Positions 17,684 to 28,310 of a stretch of DNA of 32,000 bases are shown here, one piece after another (position 1 is the first letter of the stretch; each line of letters opens with the position of its first letter). Source of the stretch: Candidatus Saccharimonadota bacterium (GTDB lineage: Bacteria; Pseudomonadota; Gammaproteobacteria; Enterobacterales; Enterobacteriaceae); assembly GCA_041941765.1 (NCBI GenBank), contig CP145869.1, positions 180,001 to 212,000 of the forward strand. Direction: 5' to 3'. The position numbers were made by a program, and so were the translations under genes. Under the pieces are notes generated by a model that saw nothing but the letters and a program-made list of their open reading frames with translations, had not been told where the DNA came from and ran no database searches.

Positions 17684-19316
17684 AATTATTTTTTAATGTA
17701 CTTAATACGGCATTAAGATCAATACGTTGTAAAAAGTTCATTGGCGGTGATAAAATTACATTTGGACAAAATTTGATAATATCGTCTAATAAATTTATAG
17801 CTTGTGATATGTTCCATTTTTTTGATGTATTAAGAGATTTTACTAAAAAATTCATCATTTGGATTTCTGTTTTTTCAGGTAGTGTGGAAAGATAAATAAA
17901 AAAATCTGAAAAAATCTTATGTAGATTTTTATCACGTAAAATTAAAGGTATTGAACGAATAATTAATAAATTATTATCTATTATTAGATGAATCCCAATT
18001 TTTTTAAAAAAAAAAGAATTATTATAGATAATATCTAAAATGGTTTTTTCTTTTATATCAAATCGTAATGGAATTAATAAAGGATAATTTGTTTTCAAAT
18101 CTGATTGTAATTGTATAATATTTAAATATTTTTCAGCTACAGATAATGCAACTAATATTAATCCTTTGTTATCTTCTATTAAAGCAATATCTTCTTGCAA
18201 AATGCTTAATACTGTTCCAATGTTGGGTATTTTATTATTTTTATTGAATTCTAATTGGTTAAAATTAGTTTTAACAATATTTGTTTTTGTTTTAAACGTT
18301 CTTAGATTAAATAAATGTTTTTCTTTATATTCTTTAAGTTTATTTATCAATCCTTGATAAATAAATTCATAAATTAATTTTGATTGATAAAATCGTACAT
18401 CATGTTTAGTAGGATGTACATTAATATCTATTTCTTTAGGATTAATATTTAAATATAAAATAAATATCATGGGATCTTCATTGCCTAAAATATTATAATA
18501 TGCTTGACGAATAGCATGATATAATAATCTATTATGTATTATTCTTCCATTTACATAAAAATACTTTACATAATGTGGAATGCTTGATTCATTATTTGAT
18601 GATGATACCCATCCATGTAATTTAATTCCTTGAGATTCCCAATGAATTTTCAATATATGAGAAATAAAAAACTTTCCAAAAACTGAAGCAATTCTTTGTT
18701 CTGGTTCAATATTACTAAGATAGTGTCGAATTAATTTTCCATTATGTATAAGAGTAATTGATACATCAAATCTTGCTAACGCTATACGACGTATTATTTC
18801 ATCAATATGTAAAAATTCGGTTCGTTCACTTCGCAAAAATTTTCTACGAGCTGGAGTATTATAAAATAAATCACATACCTCTAAAGTCGTACCAATAGGA
18901 TGTGCAATGGGAATAAGATTCATTGGCTGTTGTGATGTTGTATATGTAGTTTGCCATGCTATTTTTTGCATTTTAGTTCGGGAGATTAATTTACATCTTG
19001 ATACTGAAATAATGCTTGCCAATGCTTCTCCACGGAAACCTAAACTAGTAATAATATTTAAATCATCAATAGTAGAAATTTTGCTAGTAGTATGATTCTC
19101 TAAAGCCAATAAAATTTCATTTTTATTAATTCCACAACCATTATCACGAATACGAATTAATTGTATTCCTCCTTTATTAATTTCAATATTAATATTATTA
19201 GCTCCTGCATCTAAGCTATTTTCTAATAATTCTTTAACTACTGAAGCAGGACGTTCTATTACTTCTCCAGCTGAAATTTGATTAGTAATCTGTATGGGTA
19301 ATTTTTTGATTGGCAT
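17670..19316 (-). CDS. mutL: DNA mismatch repair protein MutL (shortened linker/C-terminal region)
   Basis: GHKL ATPase motifs are present: VVKELLENSLDAGA, DNGCGI, LGFRGEALASI, NTPARRKFL. It is 548 aa against about 615 in E. coli. Confidence 0.93.
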   Translation of the reverse strand: MPIKKLPIQITNQISAGEVIERPASVVKELLENSLDAGANNINIEINKGGIQLIRIRDNGCGINKNEILLALENHTTSKISTIDDLNIITSLGFRGEALASIISVSRCKLISRTKMQKIAWQTTYTTSQQPMNLIPIAHPIGTTLEVCDLFYNTPARRKFLRSERTEFLHIDEIIRRIALARFDVSITLIHNGKLIRHYLSNIEPEQRIASVFGKFFISHILKIHWESQGIKLHGWVSSSNNESSIPHYVKYFYVNGRIIHNRLLYHAIRQAYYNILGNEDPMIFILYLNINPKEIDINVHPTKHDVRFYQSKLIYEFIYQGLINKLKEYKEKHLFNLRTFKTKTNIVKTNFNQLEFNKNNKIPNIGTVLSILQEDIALIEDNKGLILVALSVAEKYLNIIQLQSDLKTNYPLLIPLRFDIKEKTILDIIYNNSFFFKKIGIHLIIDNNLLIIRSIPLILRDKNLHKIFSDFFIYLSTLPEKTEIQMMNFLVKSLNTSKKWNISQAINLLDDIIKFCPNVILSPPMNFLQRIDLNAVLSTLKNNYDNK

Positions 19317-19491
19317 AGCAATTATTAATATTTAATAAAAATCTTAATCCGATCCAATTAATATTGATTGTTAAAAACCATACGAATTAATAAAGATATA
19401 TTCTATTAATTCTGAACGTGTAATAAATTAAATTAGACATATAAATAAGTATTTTTGATGATGAATGAGTAAGGTCAGAATAATTTTCAAT

Positions 19492-19536
19492 CTAGCAGCT
19501 TGAGATTATAATAAATAATGCAGCTAACCAATTCAT
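19492..19536 (-). pseudogene. 14-codon sORF with a strong Shine-Dalgarno; possible relic of the amiB 5' end
   Basis: The minus strand reads AAGGAGG-TAGTATA-ATG AAT TGG TTA GCT GCA TTA TTT ATT ATA ATC TCA AGC TGC TAG = MNWLAALFIIISSC*. This resembles the E. coli AmiB leader ...RNWLVATLLLLC... as I recall it, and amiB lies directly upstream of mutL in E. coli. The call is speculative. Confidence 0.3.
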
Positions 19537-19883
19537 TATACTACCTCCTTTTTATAAACTAATCACTATTAATAACTTCCATATTCGACTTTATAATCAA
19601 TTAGTAAATAAAAAATACATATGAAGAATTAATTATATTACAGTAAAGATTAATATAGCCATCTACCTTTATTCTAAAAGAATTACAATAAAGTAGTCTT
19701 ATATCATTACATGCTTTATTAATAACCTAAAGATATATCAAATATAAATATAGGTACTTTTTAGTTTTATTATTATTTTCTAATTTTCACTAAAGATTTC
19801 TAACTTCTTTGTAATAAAAAGAACCTGATTAATAATTATATTTATTTACTATTTTTGGATTTTTAAAAATATATTATAACTTA

Positions 19884-19959
<76 letters not shown>

Positions 19960-19990
19960 TTAAATATTTTAAAAGATTATAATTTATGAA

Positions 19991-20533
19991 CTATAATTGG
20001 AGAAAATGTTCACGATAATAAGCTAATTCTGCTACTGATTCACGAATATCTTCTAAAGCTTGATGAGTTCCTCTTTTTTTAAGTCCTTGAAGGATATTTG
20101 GTTTCCATCGACGAGCTAGTTCTTGAAGAGTGCTAACATCTAGATAACGATAGTTAAAATATGCTTCTAATTCAGGCATATAACGAATTAAAAATCGTCT
20201 ATCTTGACCAATACTATTTCCACAAATAGGTGAAGTATTTTCTGGAACCCATTTTTTTAAAAATTCTAAAGTTTCTAATTCAGCATCTCGTTCATTATAT
20301 GTACTGGCTATCACACGATTAATTAATCCAGTAGCACTATGAGTTCGTAAATTCCATTGATCCATTTCCGCTAATTGTACCTGGGATTGATGTACAGCTA
20401 ATACAGGTCCTTCCGCTAAAATATTTAAACTTACATCAGTAACTAAAGTAGCAATTTCAATAATCTTATCATGGATTGGATTTAAACCTGTCATTTCAAG
20501 ATCAATCCAAATAAGATTTTTATTATTTATCAT
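19991..20533 (-). CDS. orn: Oligoribonuclease
   Basis: 180 aa. [11 protein letters not shown] (DEDDh exo I), [34 protein letters not shown]. Almost residue-for-residue colinear with E. coli Orn. Confidence 0.96.
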   Translation of the reverse strand: MINNKNLIWIDLEMTGLNPIHDKIIEIATLVTDVSLNILAEGPVLAVHQSQVQLAEMDQWNLRTHSATGLINRVIASTYNERDAELETLEFLKKWVPENTSPICGNSIGQDRRFLIRYMPELEAYFNYRYLDVSTLQELARRWKPNILQGLKKRGTHQALEDIRESVAELAYYREHFLQL

Positions 20534-20655
20534 GAAAGTTATTATTTTCTCCTATTTCATCTTTAATGAATCAAATATAAAATTTTTATACTACTTTTTT
20601 TTATAATATTAAAAATATTTCTTTGATAAAAAAAGATAATTTCAAATAAATTGAA

Positions 20656-21222
20656 CTATTTTATACGTGAAATATAATCACTAGATTGAGTATTCACTTT
20701 TACTATTTCTCCTTTTTCAATAAATAAAGGTACTTTTACTATGGCACCAGTACTTAATGTTGCATATTTCATTGCTGTAGTTACTGAATCACCCCTAACA
20801 CTTGGATCAGTATAAATAATTGGTAATTCAACAAAAGTAGGAGGAGTAACAATTATAGGTTTATCATTCCAGAAAGTTACAATACATTTAGACTGTTCAG
20901 TAATCCATTTTGCATTATGTCCAACTACTTTATGATCGACAGTAAATTGTTCAAAAGTGTTCTCCTCCATAAAATACCAAAAAATACCATCATTATATAA
21001 ATAAGTTAGATGAAGTTCAATAATATCAGCTTTTTCAAATGTATCAGTAGCTCTAAAGGTTTTTTCAATTTGTTTTCCAGTAAATAATCTTCGCATTTTA
21101 ACTCGTACAAAAGCTTGTCCTTTACCTGGTTTTACAAACTCACTAGTTTCAATAGTATACGGTTCTTGATCAAATATAATCTTTAATCCCGAATACAAAT
21201 CTTTACTTAAATAATTAGTCAT
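20656..21222 (-). CDS. efp: Elongation factor P
   Basis: 188 aa. [16 protein letters not shown] (the Lys34 modification loop), LTYLYNDG and [13 protein letters not shown]. Colinear with E. coli EF-P. Confidence 0.96.
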   Translation of the reverse strand: MTNYLSKDLYSGLKIIFDQEPYTIETSEFVKPGKGQAFVRVKMRRLFTGKQIEKTFRATDTFEKADIIELHLTYLYNDGIFWYFMEENTFEQFTVDHKVVGHNAKWITEQSKCIVTFWNDKPIIVTPPTFVELPIIYTDPSVRGDSVTTAMKYATLSTGAIVKVPLFIEKGEIVKVNTQSSDYISRIK

Positions 21223-21242
21223 ACTATTAAATTTGAAATAAT

Positions 21243-23102
21243 TTAATTTAATAAAAAATCTTTATTTATCTTAACCAACCAATTAATAATTGTTTTTTGT
21301 ATTCCTATACTATCTAGACCATAACACTTTCTAATTTCTTCCTGTGAACCATGCGGAATAAATTCATCTGGCAAACCAATATTTAAAATCGAACTAAAAC
21401 CACTCTTCTTTTTTATAAGAAATTCATTAACCGCACTTCCCGCTCCACCGAATATAGTAGCTTCTTCTAATGTTATAAGGACCTCATAATTATTAGCTAT
21501 TTTTAATATCTGTTGTTCGTCAAGAGGTTTAATAAAACGCATATCAACAAGTGTTGCATTAAGATTATCTGCTACTATTTGTGCTTCGTAGAATAAATGT
21601 CCAAAATTAAGAATGGCTATGTTTTTTCCTAATCTTCTAGTAATACTTTTTCCAATAGGTAAAATCGATAACGAAGTAGTTACTAATTCACTTACTTTAT
21701 TACTAGATCCACGGGGATATCTAACAGCAATAGGACCTTTCTTATAATGAAATCCTGTATGTAACATATTTATTAATTCATTTTCATCACTAGGAGTCAT
21801 TAGAATTAAATTAGGTATACAACGTAAAAAACTGATATCAAATATCCCTTGATGAGTTTGACCATCAAAACCAACAATACCTGCACGATCTATAGCCAAT
21901 AATACTGGTAATTTAGGAAGAGCTATATCATGAATAATTTGATCATAGCATCGTTGTAAAAAGGTAGAATAAATGGCAACAACTGGTCTCAATTTAGCTA
22001 TTGCAAAACCACTGGCTAAGGCAATTGCATGTTGTTCTGCAATACCTACATCGACATATTGCGGCAAATACTGTTTGGAAAAACTAGACATTCCCGAACC
22101 CTCACACATGGCTGGAGTAATAGCAATTAATTTTTTCTCATGTTTAGCTATTTCATTTAACCATATTCCAAAAGTTTTAGAGTAATCAATTTTCTGACTT
22201 TTTGTTGTAGTAGCTACTATTTTCTCTTCTTCACTTTGGTTTAAATCAAATTTATTTACAGCATGCCACTTAATTGGATTTTTTTCAGCTGGACTATAAC
22301 CTTTGCCCTTTTTAGTAATAACATGTAATAAGTGAGGACCAGATAAATTACGTGCGTTTTGTAAAACGTCAATTAATTGAAATAAATTATGTCCATCATA
22401 AGGACCCAGATACTTTATATTTAATAAATCAAAAATAGTCACATTTTTATTTAAAATATTTTCTGGATTTTTTTCCGAAGAATTAGAAGGATAAAAAGAA
22501 GATAAATGATTTTTTAAAGCACCTACATTTTCTGAAATAGACATTTTATTATCATTAAGAATTATTAAAAGATCTGATGGAATAGATCCAGCATGATTAA
22601 TTGCTTCAAAAGCCATTCCAGCCGTCATAGCACCATCGCCAATTACACATACTGTACGACGACGACCTTTCTTATGATTTTCTTTAGTACAAGCGATTGC
22701 TAATCCTAATGCAATACTAATAGAAGTTGATGAATGACCAGCTGTCGCAACATCATATTCACTTTCTTCTCTACATAAAAAAGGATGTAATCCTCCTTTT
22801 TTTCGAATAGTATGAATACTATCACGACGACCTGTAAGGATTTTATGTACATATGCTTGATGTCCAATATCCCATACTAAATAATCAAAAGGTGTATTAT
22901 AAACATAATGTAAAGCAACTGTTAATTCAATAACCCCTAATCCGGAAGCCAAATGTCCACTGTTAGTGCTAACACTTTCTAATAAATAATTCCGTAATTC
23001 TTTACATAAAATAGGTAAGTCATGTTTTGGTAAAGAACGTAGTTTGTCAATTGAATTTATAGTACCAAGTATTGGATATTTTTTTATATTAAAACATTTC
23101 AT
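21243..23102 (-). CDS. dxs: 1-deoxy-D-xylulose-5-phosphate synthase
   Basis: 619 aa. [28 protein letters not shown] motif [19 protein letters not shown] and [15 protein letters not shown]. It is the last gene of the conserved xseB-ispA-dxs operon. Confidence 0.96.
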   Translation of the reverse strand: MKCFNIKKYPILGTINSIDKLRSLPKHDLPILCKELRNYLLESVSTNSGHLASGLGVIELTVALHYVYNTPFDYLVWDIGHQAYVHKILTGRRDSIHTIRKKGGLHPFLCREESEYDVATAGHSSTSISIALGLAIACTKENHKKGRRRTVCVIGDGAMTAGMAFEAINHAGSIPSDLLIILNDNKMSISENVGALKNHLSSFYPSNSSEKNPENILNKNVTIFDLLNIKYLGPYDGHNLFQLIDVLQNARNLSGPHLLHVITKKGKGYSPAEKNPIKWHAVNKFDLNQSEEEKIVATTTKSQKIDYSKTFGIWLNEIAKHEKKLIAITPAMCEGSGMSSFSKQYLPQYVDVGIAEQHAIALASGFAIAKLRPVVAIYSTFLQRCYDQIIHDIALPKLPVLLAIDRAGIVGFDGQTHQGIFDISFLRCIPNLILMTPSDENELINMLHTGFHYKKGPIAVRYPRGSSNKVSELVTTSLSILPIGKSITRRLGKNIAILNFGHLFYEAQIVADNLNATLVDMRFIKPLDEQQILKIANNYEVLITLEEATIFGGAGSAVNEFLIKKKSGFSSILNIGLPDEFIPHGSQEEIRKCYGLDSIGIQKTIINWLVKINKDFLLN

Positions 23103-23107
23103 AGTTA

Positions 23108-24031
23108 TTATTTATCACGTTTAATAATGTAATTTGTTAATGCTTCTAAAGATTTAGTATTCAATGAACAATTCGATAGAATTTGTAAAGCTTCCATAGA
23201 TTGTTCATATAATTTATAAGCTTCTCTCCTAGCGTTTTCGACTCCTCCTAATAAAGATGGAAAGGTATTTTTTTTTAAACTTTCATCTGATCCGGTTTTT
23301 TTTCCCATTATTTTAGTTTCACCTATAACATCCAAAATATCATCTTGTATTTGAAATGCTAATCCAATAGATTTAGCGTAATTATCTAAAGCAGAATTGA
23401 TTAAAGTTTTATTATTAATAAAAGAAGAACAAGTTAATGCTCCTAATTTAACTGCAGCATGAATTAAGGCTCCAGTTTTATGATAATGAATGATTTTTAA
23501 TTTTTCAATGCTTATATTTTCTCCACTTTCTATTAAATCAAAAGCTTGTCCACTACACATTCCTCCTACACCACTCGCATAAGCTAGTTCTTTTATCATT
23601 GCTAACCTATTTTTCATTTCTATTTGAGGCATAGGTGTTTCACTAAGAATTGAAAAAGCCAAAGTTTGTAATGCATCACCCGCTAAAATAGCTAGAGACT
23701 CTCCAAATTTTATATGACAAGTTGGTTGTCCACGACGTAATAAACTATTATCCATGGTAGGTAAATCATCATGAATTAAAGAATAAGCATGAATACATTC
23801 AACAGCTGCTGCAGGTGCATCCAAACTTGAATTATTTGACTGAAACATTTCACCAATTGTATAAACTAAAAAAGGACGCAATCTTTTACCATTAGAAAAA
23901 ATACCATATTTCATGGCATTGACTAATTTACTATCTTGAAACGGTAATTTTTGCATAAAAGAATTTAATGCACCATTTACACGTTTTTGATATAATTCAA
24001 GTAATTTTTTAAAATTATTTTTTTTATTCAT
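23108..24031 (-). CDS. ispA: Farnesyl diphosphate synthase
   Basis: [10 protein letters not shown], first Asp-rich motif [10 protein letters not shown], second FQIQDDILD. The track start at 24037 is TTG. The ATG at 24031 (MNKKNN...) is the more likely start, 13 nt after the xseB stop. Confidence 0.93.
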   Translation of the reverse strand: MNKKNNFKKLLELYQKRVNGALNSFMQKLPFQDSKLVNAMKYGIFSNGKRLRPFLVYTIGEMFQSNNSSLDAPAAAVECIHAYSLIHDDLPTMDNSLLRRGQPTCHIKFGESLAILAGDALQTLAFSILSETPMPQIEMKNRLAMIKELAYASGVGGMCSGQAFDLIESGENISIEKLKIIHYHKTGALIHAAVKLGALTCSSFINNKTLINSALDNYAKSIGLAFQIQDDILDVIGETKIMGKKTGSDESLKKNTFPSLLGGVENARREAYKLYEQSMEALQILSNCSLNTKSLEALTNYIIKRDK

Positions 24032-24044
24032 TATCAAAATGATG

Positions 24045-24287
24045 TTAATCTGTTTTCACAAAAGAAGACAATTCTATATTATTTTCCGATTTAAGTAAAA
24101 TTTGAATACGTTGTTCGGCTTGTTGTAATTTTTTCTGACTTAATTGAGCCAAATATACTCCTTTTTCAAAAGCATTCAACGCTTCTTCTAAAGATAATTC
24201 TCCATTTTCTAAATAGCGTACTATTTGTTCTAATTCTTTTAAAGAAGATTCAAAATTACTTGTTGAATTGTCATTATCTTTTAGCAT
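24045..24287 (-). CDS. xseB: Exodeoxyribonuclease VII small subunit
   Basis: 80 aa. FESSLKELEQIVRYLENGELSLEEALNAFEKGV is typical of XseB, and the gene sits immediately upstream of ispA. Confidence 0.9.
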   Translation of the reverse strand: MLKDNDNSTSNFESSLKELEQIVRYLENGELSLEEALNAFEKGVYLAQLSQKKLQQAEQRIQILLKSENNIELSSFVKTD

Positions 24288-24325
24288 AATTAATACTCAA
24301 AAGTTTTTTGCAATAATATATCATA

Positions 24326-25720
24326 TTATTTTCCAATACAAAATTTCGAAAATATTTTTTTTAATAAATCTTTTGAAGAATCCTTTCCAATTAGATCACT
24401 AAGAGCTTCTTGAGTTAAACGTAATTCTTCTGCTAAGAATTCATAAGAATAAGAATGATTGGTAATAAATTCTTTTTTTCCTTGTTCTAAATGTGATAGA
24501 GCCAGTGATAACGCTTGTAAATGACGTTGTCTTGCCATAAAAATACCTTCTGTAGTATTAATATTTTCGAGAGTGTTTTTTAAATGATCACGTAATAATT
24601 CTATTCCTTTACCAGTTTTAGCAGAAAGATTAATAATTACACGACTAGAGAATCGTCTTAATTGAGATGATGGACATCTATTATTATTAATCTCAATGAG
24701 ATTATTTATTATAGTTAATGGAACTGATGGAGGAATTTTATCACTAAACTGGGGAAATATAATCGATAAATCTGCAGTAAGATCAAGAGATTCATTATTT
24801 TTTACTACTAATATAATATGGTCAGCCGTTTTTATTTCTTGTATAGCACGCTGTATACCAATTTGTTCTACAATATTATTAGTTTTATGTAAACCGGCAG
24901 TATCAATTATATGTAATAGCATGCCGTCAATATTAATATATTCATGTAACATATCTCTAGTAGTACCAGCATAGTCTGTAACTATTGCGATGGATTTTCC
25001 AACTAGAGTATTAAAAAGAGTTGATTTACCTACATTCGGAGCTCCAATAATTACTACTTTACGTCCTTCTCGTAATAATGTTCCTTTAGAAGAGATTGTA
25101 CATACTTCATTTAGTAATTTAATAATCTTATTAAGATTATCTTCAATTTCCTTTTTAGATAAATAATTTATATCATATTCATTAGGAAAATTAATATCTG
25201 ATTCTAAAAACATACGTAAATTACTTAGCATTTCTTTTAATAAACGAATTTTATCTGAAAAAGTACCTTGTAAAGAATGAAATGCTGCACGAGCAGCTTG
25301 TTCCGAAGTAGCATTAATTAAATCCGCAATTGCTTCGGCTTGGATTAAGTCAATTTTATTATTAAGAAATGCTCGTTCGGTAAATTCTCCTGGTTTAGCA
25401 ATACGAACTTCAGGAAGTTTCGATATGCTTTTTAAGAGCATATTTATAACTATAGGACTTCCATGACTATGTAATTCTAATACATTTTCACCTGTAAAAG
25501 AATTGGGAGCAGGAAACCATAATGTAATACCTTTATCAATTATACAACCTTTGTCATCATAAAAGGATAGGTAATGAGCATATCGAGGAGAGGGTAATTG
25601 ACCTAATACTTGTTGTGCGACATTTGCAGTCTGATCACCAGAAATACGTATTACACTTATCCCTCCATAACCAGGAGGAGTTGCTTGAGCAACAATGGTA
25701 TCTGCAGAATATTTATTCAT
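24326..25720 (-). CDS. mnmE: tRNA modification GTPase MnmE (TrmE/ThdF)
   Basis: 464 aa. G1 motif GAPNVGKSTLFN, G3 motif DTAG, and the invariant C-terminal FCIGK. It is adjacent to yidC, as in other gamma-proteobacteria. Confidence 0.95.
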   Translation of the reverse strand: MNKYSADTIVAQATPPGYGGISVIRISGDQTANVAQQVLGQLPSPRYAHYLSFYDDKGCIIDKGITLWFPAPNSFTGENVLELHSHGSPIVINMLLKSISKLPEVRIAKPGEFTERAFLNNKIDLIQAEAIADLINATSEQAARAAFHSLQGTFSDKIRLLKEMLSNLRMFLESDINFPNEYDINYLSKKEIEDNLNKIIKLLNEVCTISSKGTLLREGRKVVIIGAPNVGKSTLFNTLVGKSIAIVTDYAGTTRDMLHEYINIDGMLLHIIDTAGLHKTNNIVEQIGIQRAIQEIKTADHIILVVKNNESLDLTADLSIIFPQFSDKIPPSVPLTIINNLIEINNNRCPSSQLRRFSSRVIINLSAKTGKGIELLRDHLKNTLENINTTEGIFMARQRHLQALSLALSHLEQGKKEFITNHSYSYEFLAEELRLTQEALSDLIGKDSSKDLLKKIFSKFCIGK

Positions 25721-25748
25721 TATAAGATTCTTTAAATAAATTTAATGA

Positions 25749-27380
25749 TTAATTATTAGATTTATATAATGTTTGTTTTTTTAAATTATAATCAATTAAT
25801 TTTTGCTGAATAATAGTAACTACATTACTTACAATATAATATAAAACTAATCCTGATGGAAACCATAAGAAGAACAATGTAAATATTATCGGCATATATT
25901 CCATAATTCTCTTTTGCATTGGATCAGTTATAGTAGATGGAGACATCTTTTGAATTATCAACATAGTAATTCCCATCAAAATCGGTAAAACATAATATGG
26001 ATCTTTAGCTGATAAATCCTTAATCCATAAAATAAAAGGAGCATGTCTTAATTCAACAGCATTAATTAGCATATAATAAAGAGCTAAAAAAATTGGCATT
26101 TGAATTATTAATGGAAAACATCCTCCTAAAGGATTAATCTTTTCTGATTTATATAAATCCATGATTTCCTGGCTCATTTTTTGTTTATTATTACCCAATC
26201 TATCACGAATTTCTTGGATTTTAGGTTGTAATGATCGCATTTTGGCTATTGAAATAAATTGTGTTTTTGTTAAAGGATACATTAGGGTTCGAACGATTAG
26301 GGTAATTAAAATTATAGAAAAACCCCAATTACCTATTTTCATTTGTATAGCTTTTAATAATTTAAATAATGGTTTAGAAATAAACCACAACCATCCATAA
26401 TCTACTGTAAGATCTAAATATGGTGCGGCTACAGCCATTTGATCTTGAAGTTTAGGACCCATCCATAATGTTGATGATAGTTCTTTACTTTCACCTGGAT
26501 ATATTGTTATTGCATTAGATTTATAACCAACTGAAATCATTTTAGATGTATCATTCTTAGTATAAAATATATTAGTACCTTGACTATGGGGAATCCAAGC
26601 TGTAATAAAATAAGGTTGTAATATTGCTATCCAACCATTTAATGTACTAATCATCAGATTATTATCATAAAGTTGACGTAATTTATATTTTTTATATTTC
26701 TTATATTTAGTAGAATATGCTACTGAAAAAGAATTATTATAACTTAAAGAAGGAATTGTAAGATCCTTTTTAGGTATAATAGTTGATTGTTTCAACTGTC
26801 CATACATAGATACTTTTATTGGATATAAACTATTATTAGTAATATAATATTTTATATTAATAGAATATTGATGTTTTTTAAAAGAAAATATTTTAGTATA
26901 AAAAATACCATTATTATCTTTCCAATAAAAAGGAATTTTTAAAGTATCTTGTTGTAATTTATTCATTAGATATGAATCATGTTTTACTTGATAAATAGGT
27001 GTTTTTTCTTTTATTGATCTAGTTGAAGAATTATTTACAAATGATAATCCACTTTGTGCTTGAGAAATGATAGTAGGAGTCGTTTGCAGTAATTTAATAG
27101 GATGATGACTATTTAAACTTTCTGGATAAGATAATAATTGAGCTTGAATAATATCTCCTCCATAAGTATTAATCCGTAAGGATAATACATCAGTTTTTAC
27201 TGAGATTATTTTTCCTTTATTTTTAATAAAAGGAAAATGTTGAGTGTTTTTAAACCAAATATTTTCTGGAGTATTTTTCAGTTTTGATTGTAGTGTCTTA
27301 TGATCATTCTGCCAACTTTGCCAGATCATAAAAGATACAAATATAAAAGCAATCAATATTAGATTACGTTGTAAATCCAT
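25749..27380 (-). CDS. yidC: Membrane protein insertase YidC
   Basis: 543 aa. N-terminal TM helix, large periplasmic domain, and conserved core WGFSIILITLIVRTLMYPL, QPKIQEIRDR, NPLGGCFPLIIQMPIF. Confidence 0.95.
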   Translation of the reverse strand: MDLQRNLILIAFIFVSFMIWQSWQNDHKTLQSKLKNTPENIWFKNTQHFPFIKNKGKIISVKTDVLSLRINTYGGDIIQAQLLSYPESLNSHHPIKLLQTTPTIISQAQSGLSFVNNSSTRSIKEKTPIYQVKHDSYLMNKLQQDTLKIPFYWKDNNGIFYTKIFSFKKHQYSINIKYYITNNSLYPIKVSMYGQLKQSTIIPKKDLTIPSLSYNNSFSVAYSTKYKKYKKYKLRQLYDNNLMISTLNGWIAILQPYFITAWIPHSQGTNIFYTKNDTSKMISVGYKSNAITIYPGESKELSSTLWMGPKLQDQMAVAAPYLDLTVDYGWLWFISKPLFKLLKAIQMKIGNWGFSIILITLIVRTLMYPLTKTQFISIAKMRSLQPKIQEIRDRLGNNKQKMSQEIMDLYKSEKINPLGGCFPLIIQMPIFLALYYMLINAVELRHAPFILWIKDLSAKDPYYVLPILMGITMLIIQKMSPSTITDPMQKRIMEYMPIIFTLFFLWFPSGLVLYYIVSNVVTIIQQKLIDYNLKKQTLYKSNN

Positions 27381-27396
27381 TATTAATCTTCTCTAA

Positions 27397-27648
27397 TTAT
27401 TTATTCTTTGGTGGCACTGGATCATTGATATCATTCTTAATATTTAAAGGATTACATTTTATTATACGTTTTATAGTTAAAAAACTTCCTTTAAGGATAC
27501 CAAATCTACTTATAGCATTAATACTATATTCTGAGCAAGTAGGTCTAAAACGACACCTCGGACTTATTAATATACTAATAAATTTTTGATAACTATAAAT
27601 AAGCGTTATCAACATTTTTTTGAAGCTATAAAATAACACTCTTCCCAT
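27397..27648 (-). CDS. yidD: Membrane protein insertion efficiency factor YidD
   Basis: YQKFISILISPRCRFRPTCSEY and KCNPL motifs. The start is ambiguous. The ATG at 27648 overlaps rnpA by 40 nt. The ATG at 27615 overlaps it by only 7 nt (AAATGTTGA) and aligns about as well with E. coli YidD. Confidence 0.85.
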   Translation of the reverse strand: MGRVLFYSFKKMLITLIYSYQKFISILISPRCRFRPTCSEYSINAISRFGILKGSFLTIKRIIKCNPLNIKNDINDPVPPKNK

Positions 27649-27971
27649 ACAGTTTGAAGTATTTCTACTATTTTTTGATTCTTCATTAAATCAACTTTTT
27701 TTTTTATTATTATAACAAAATCCATTGATGGCAATTCATTTTGATTTAAACGAAAACTTTCACGAATTAATCTTTTTATCCTATTACGTTGATATGCAAG
27801 CGGAATATTATATTTATTAATAATTAATCCTAGACGAGCAAATTTATAATGATTACGACAATAATATAATATAATAGGTGATCTATTGATCTTCATTGAT
27901 TGTTGCAGAACTAAGTTAAAGTCTTTTGACTTTAATAAACGTAATTTTTTAGGAAATTTATAATAATTCAC
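27609..27971 (-). CDS. rnpA: RNase P protein component
   Basis: 120 aa with a GTG start. FPKKLRLLKSKDF and the RNR box QRNRIKRLIRESFRLNQ. It lies 20 nt downstream of rpmH. Confidence 0.93.
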   Translation of the reverse strand: MNYYKFPKKLRLLKSKDFNLVLQQSMKINRSPIILYYCRNHYKFARLGLIINKYNIPLAYQRNRIKRLIRESFRLNQNELPSMDFVIIIKKKVDLMKNQKIVEILQTVWEECYFIASKKC

Positions 27972-27991
27972 AATCCTAATTCATGTAAAGA

Positions 27992-28153
<162 letters not shown>

Positions 28154-28171
28154 TTATAAAAAATAAAAATC

Positions 28172-28200
28172 ATTTTAACAATTATTATAAATGTAGTCAA
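28172..28200 (-). promoter_or_regulatory. Candidate sigma70 promoter for the rpmH-rnpA-yidD-yidC-mnmE cluster
   Basis: The minus strand reads TTGACT (28200-28195), an exactly 17-nt spacer, then TAAAAT (28177-28172). This lies about 33 nt upstream of the rpmH ATG. AT-rich DNA produces -10-like hexamers by chance, so confidence is modest. Confidence 0.35.
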
Positions 28201-28310
28201 TTTAGTAAATCTTTTTAAAAAAAATGTATTTATCTTTTATCAAATGAGTATATGATAATTATTTATTTCTTTTAAGTTTTATTATTTATAACTAATTACA
28301 AGTCAGTCAG

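Noticed and set aside
18166-19095. Two plus-strand ORFs (18166-18357 and 18907-19095)
   Set aside because: Both are antisense to mutL, including its conserved ATPase motifs, and are treated as spurious.
21973-22185. 70-aa plus-strand ORF
   Set aside because: It is antisense to dxs and is treated as spurious.
24696-24974. 92-aa plus-strand ORF
   Set aside because: It is antisense to the mnmE G-domain and is treated as spurious.
26285-26294. GGGTTCGAAC, a tRNA T-arm-like motif
   Set aside because: It lies inside yidC coding sequence. The flanking bases do not form a T-stem, acceptor stem or anticodon arm.
26161-26400. 79-aa plus-strand ORF
   Set aside because: It is antisense to the conserved yidC core and is treated as spurious.
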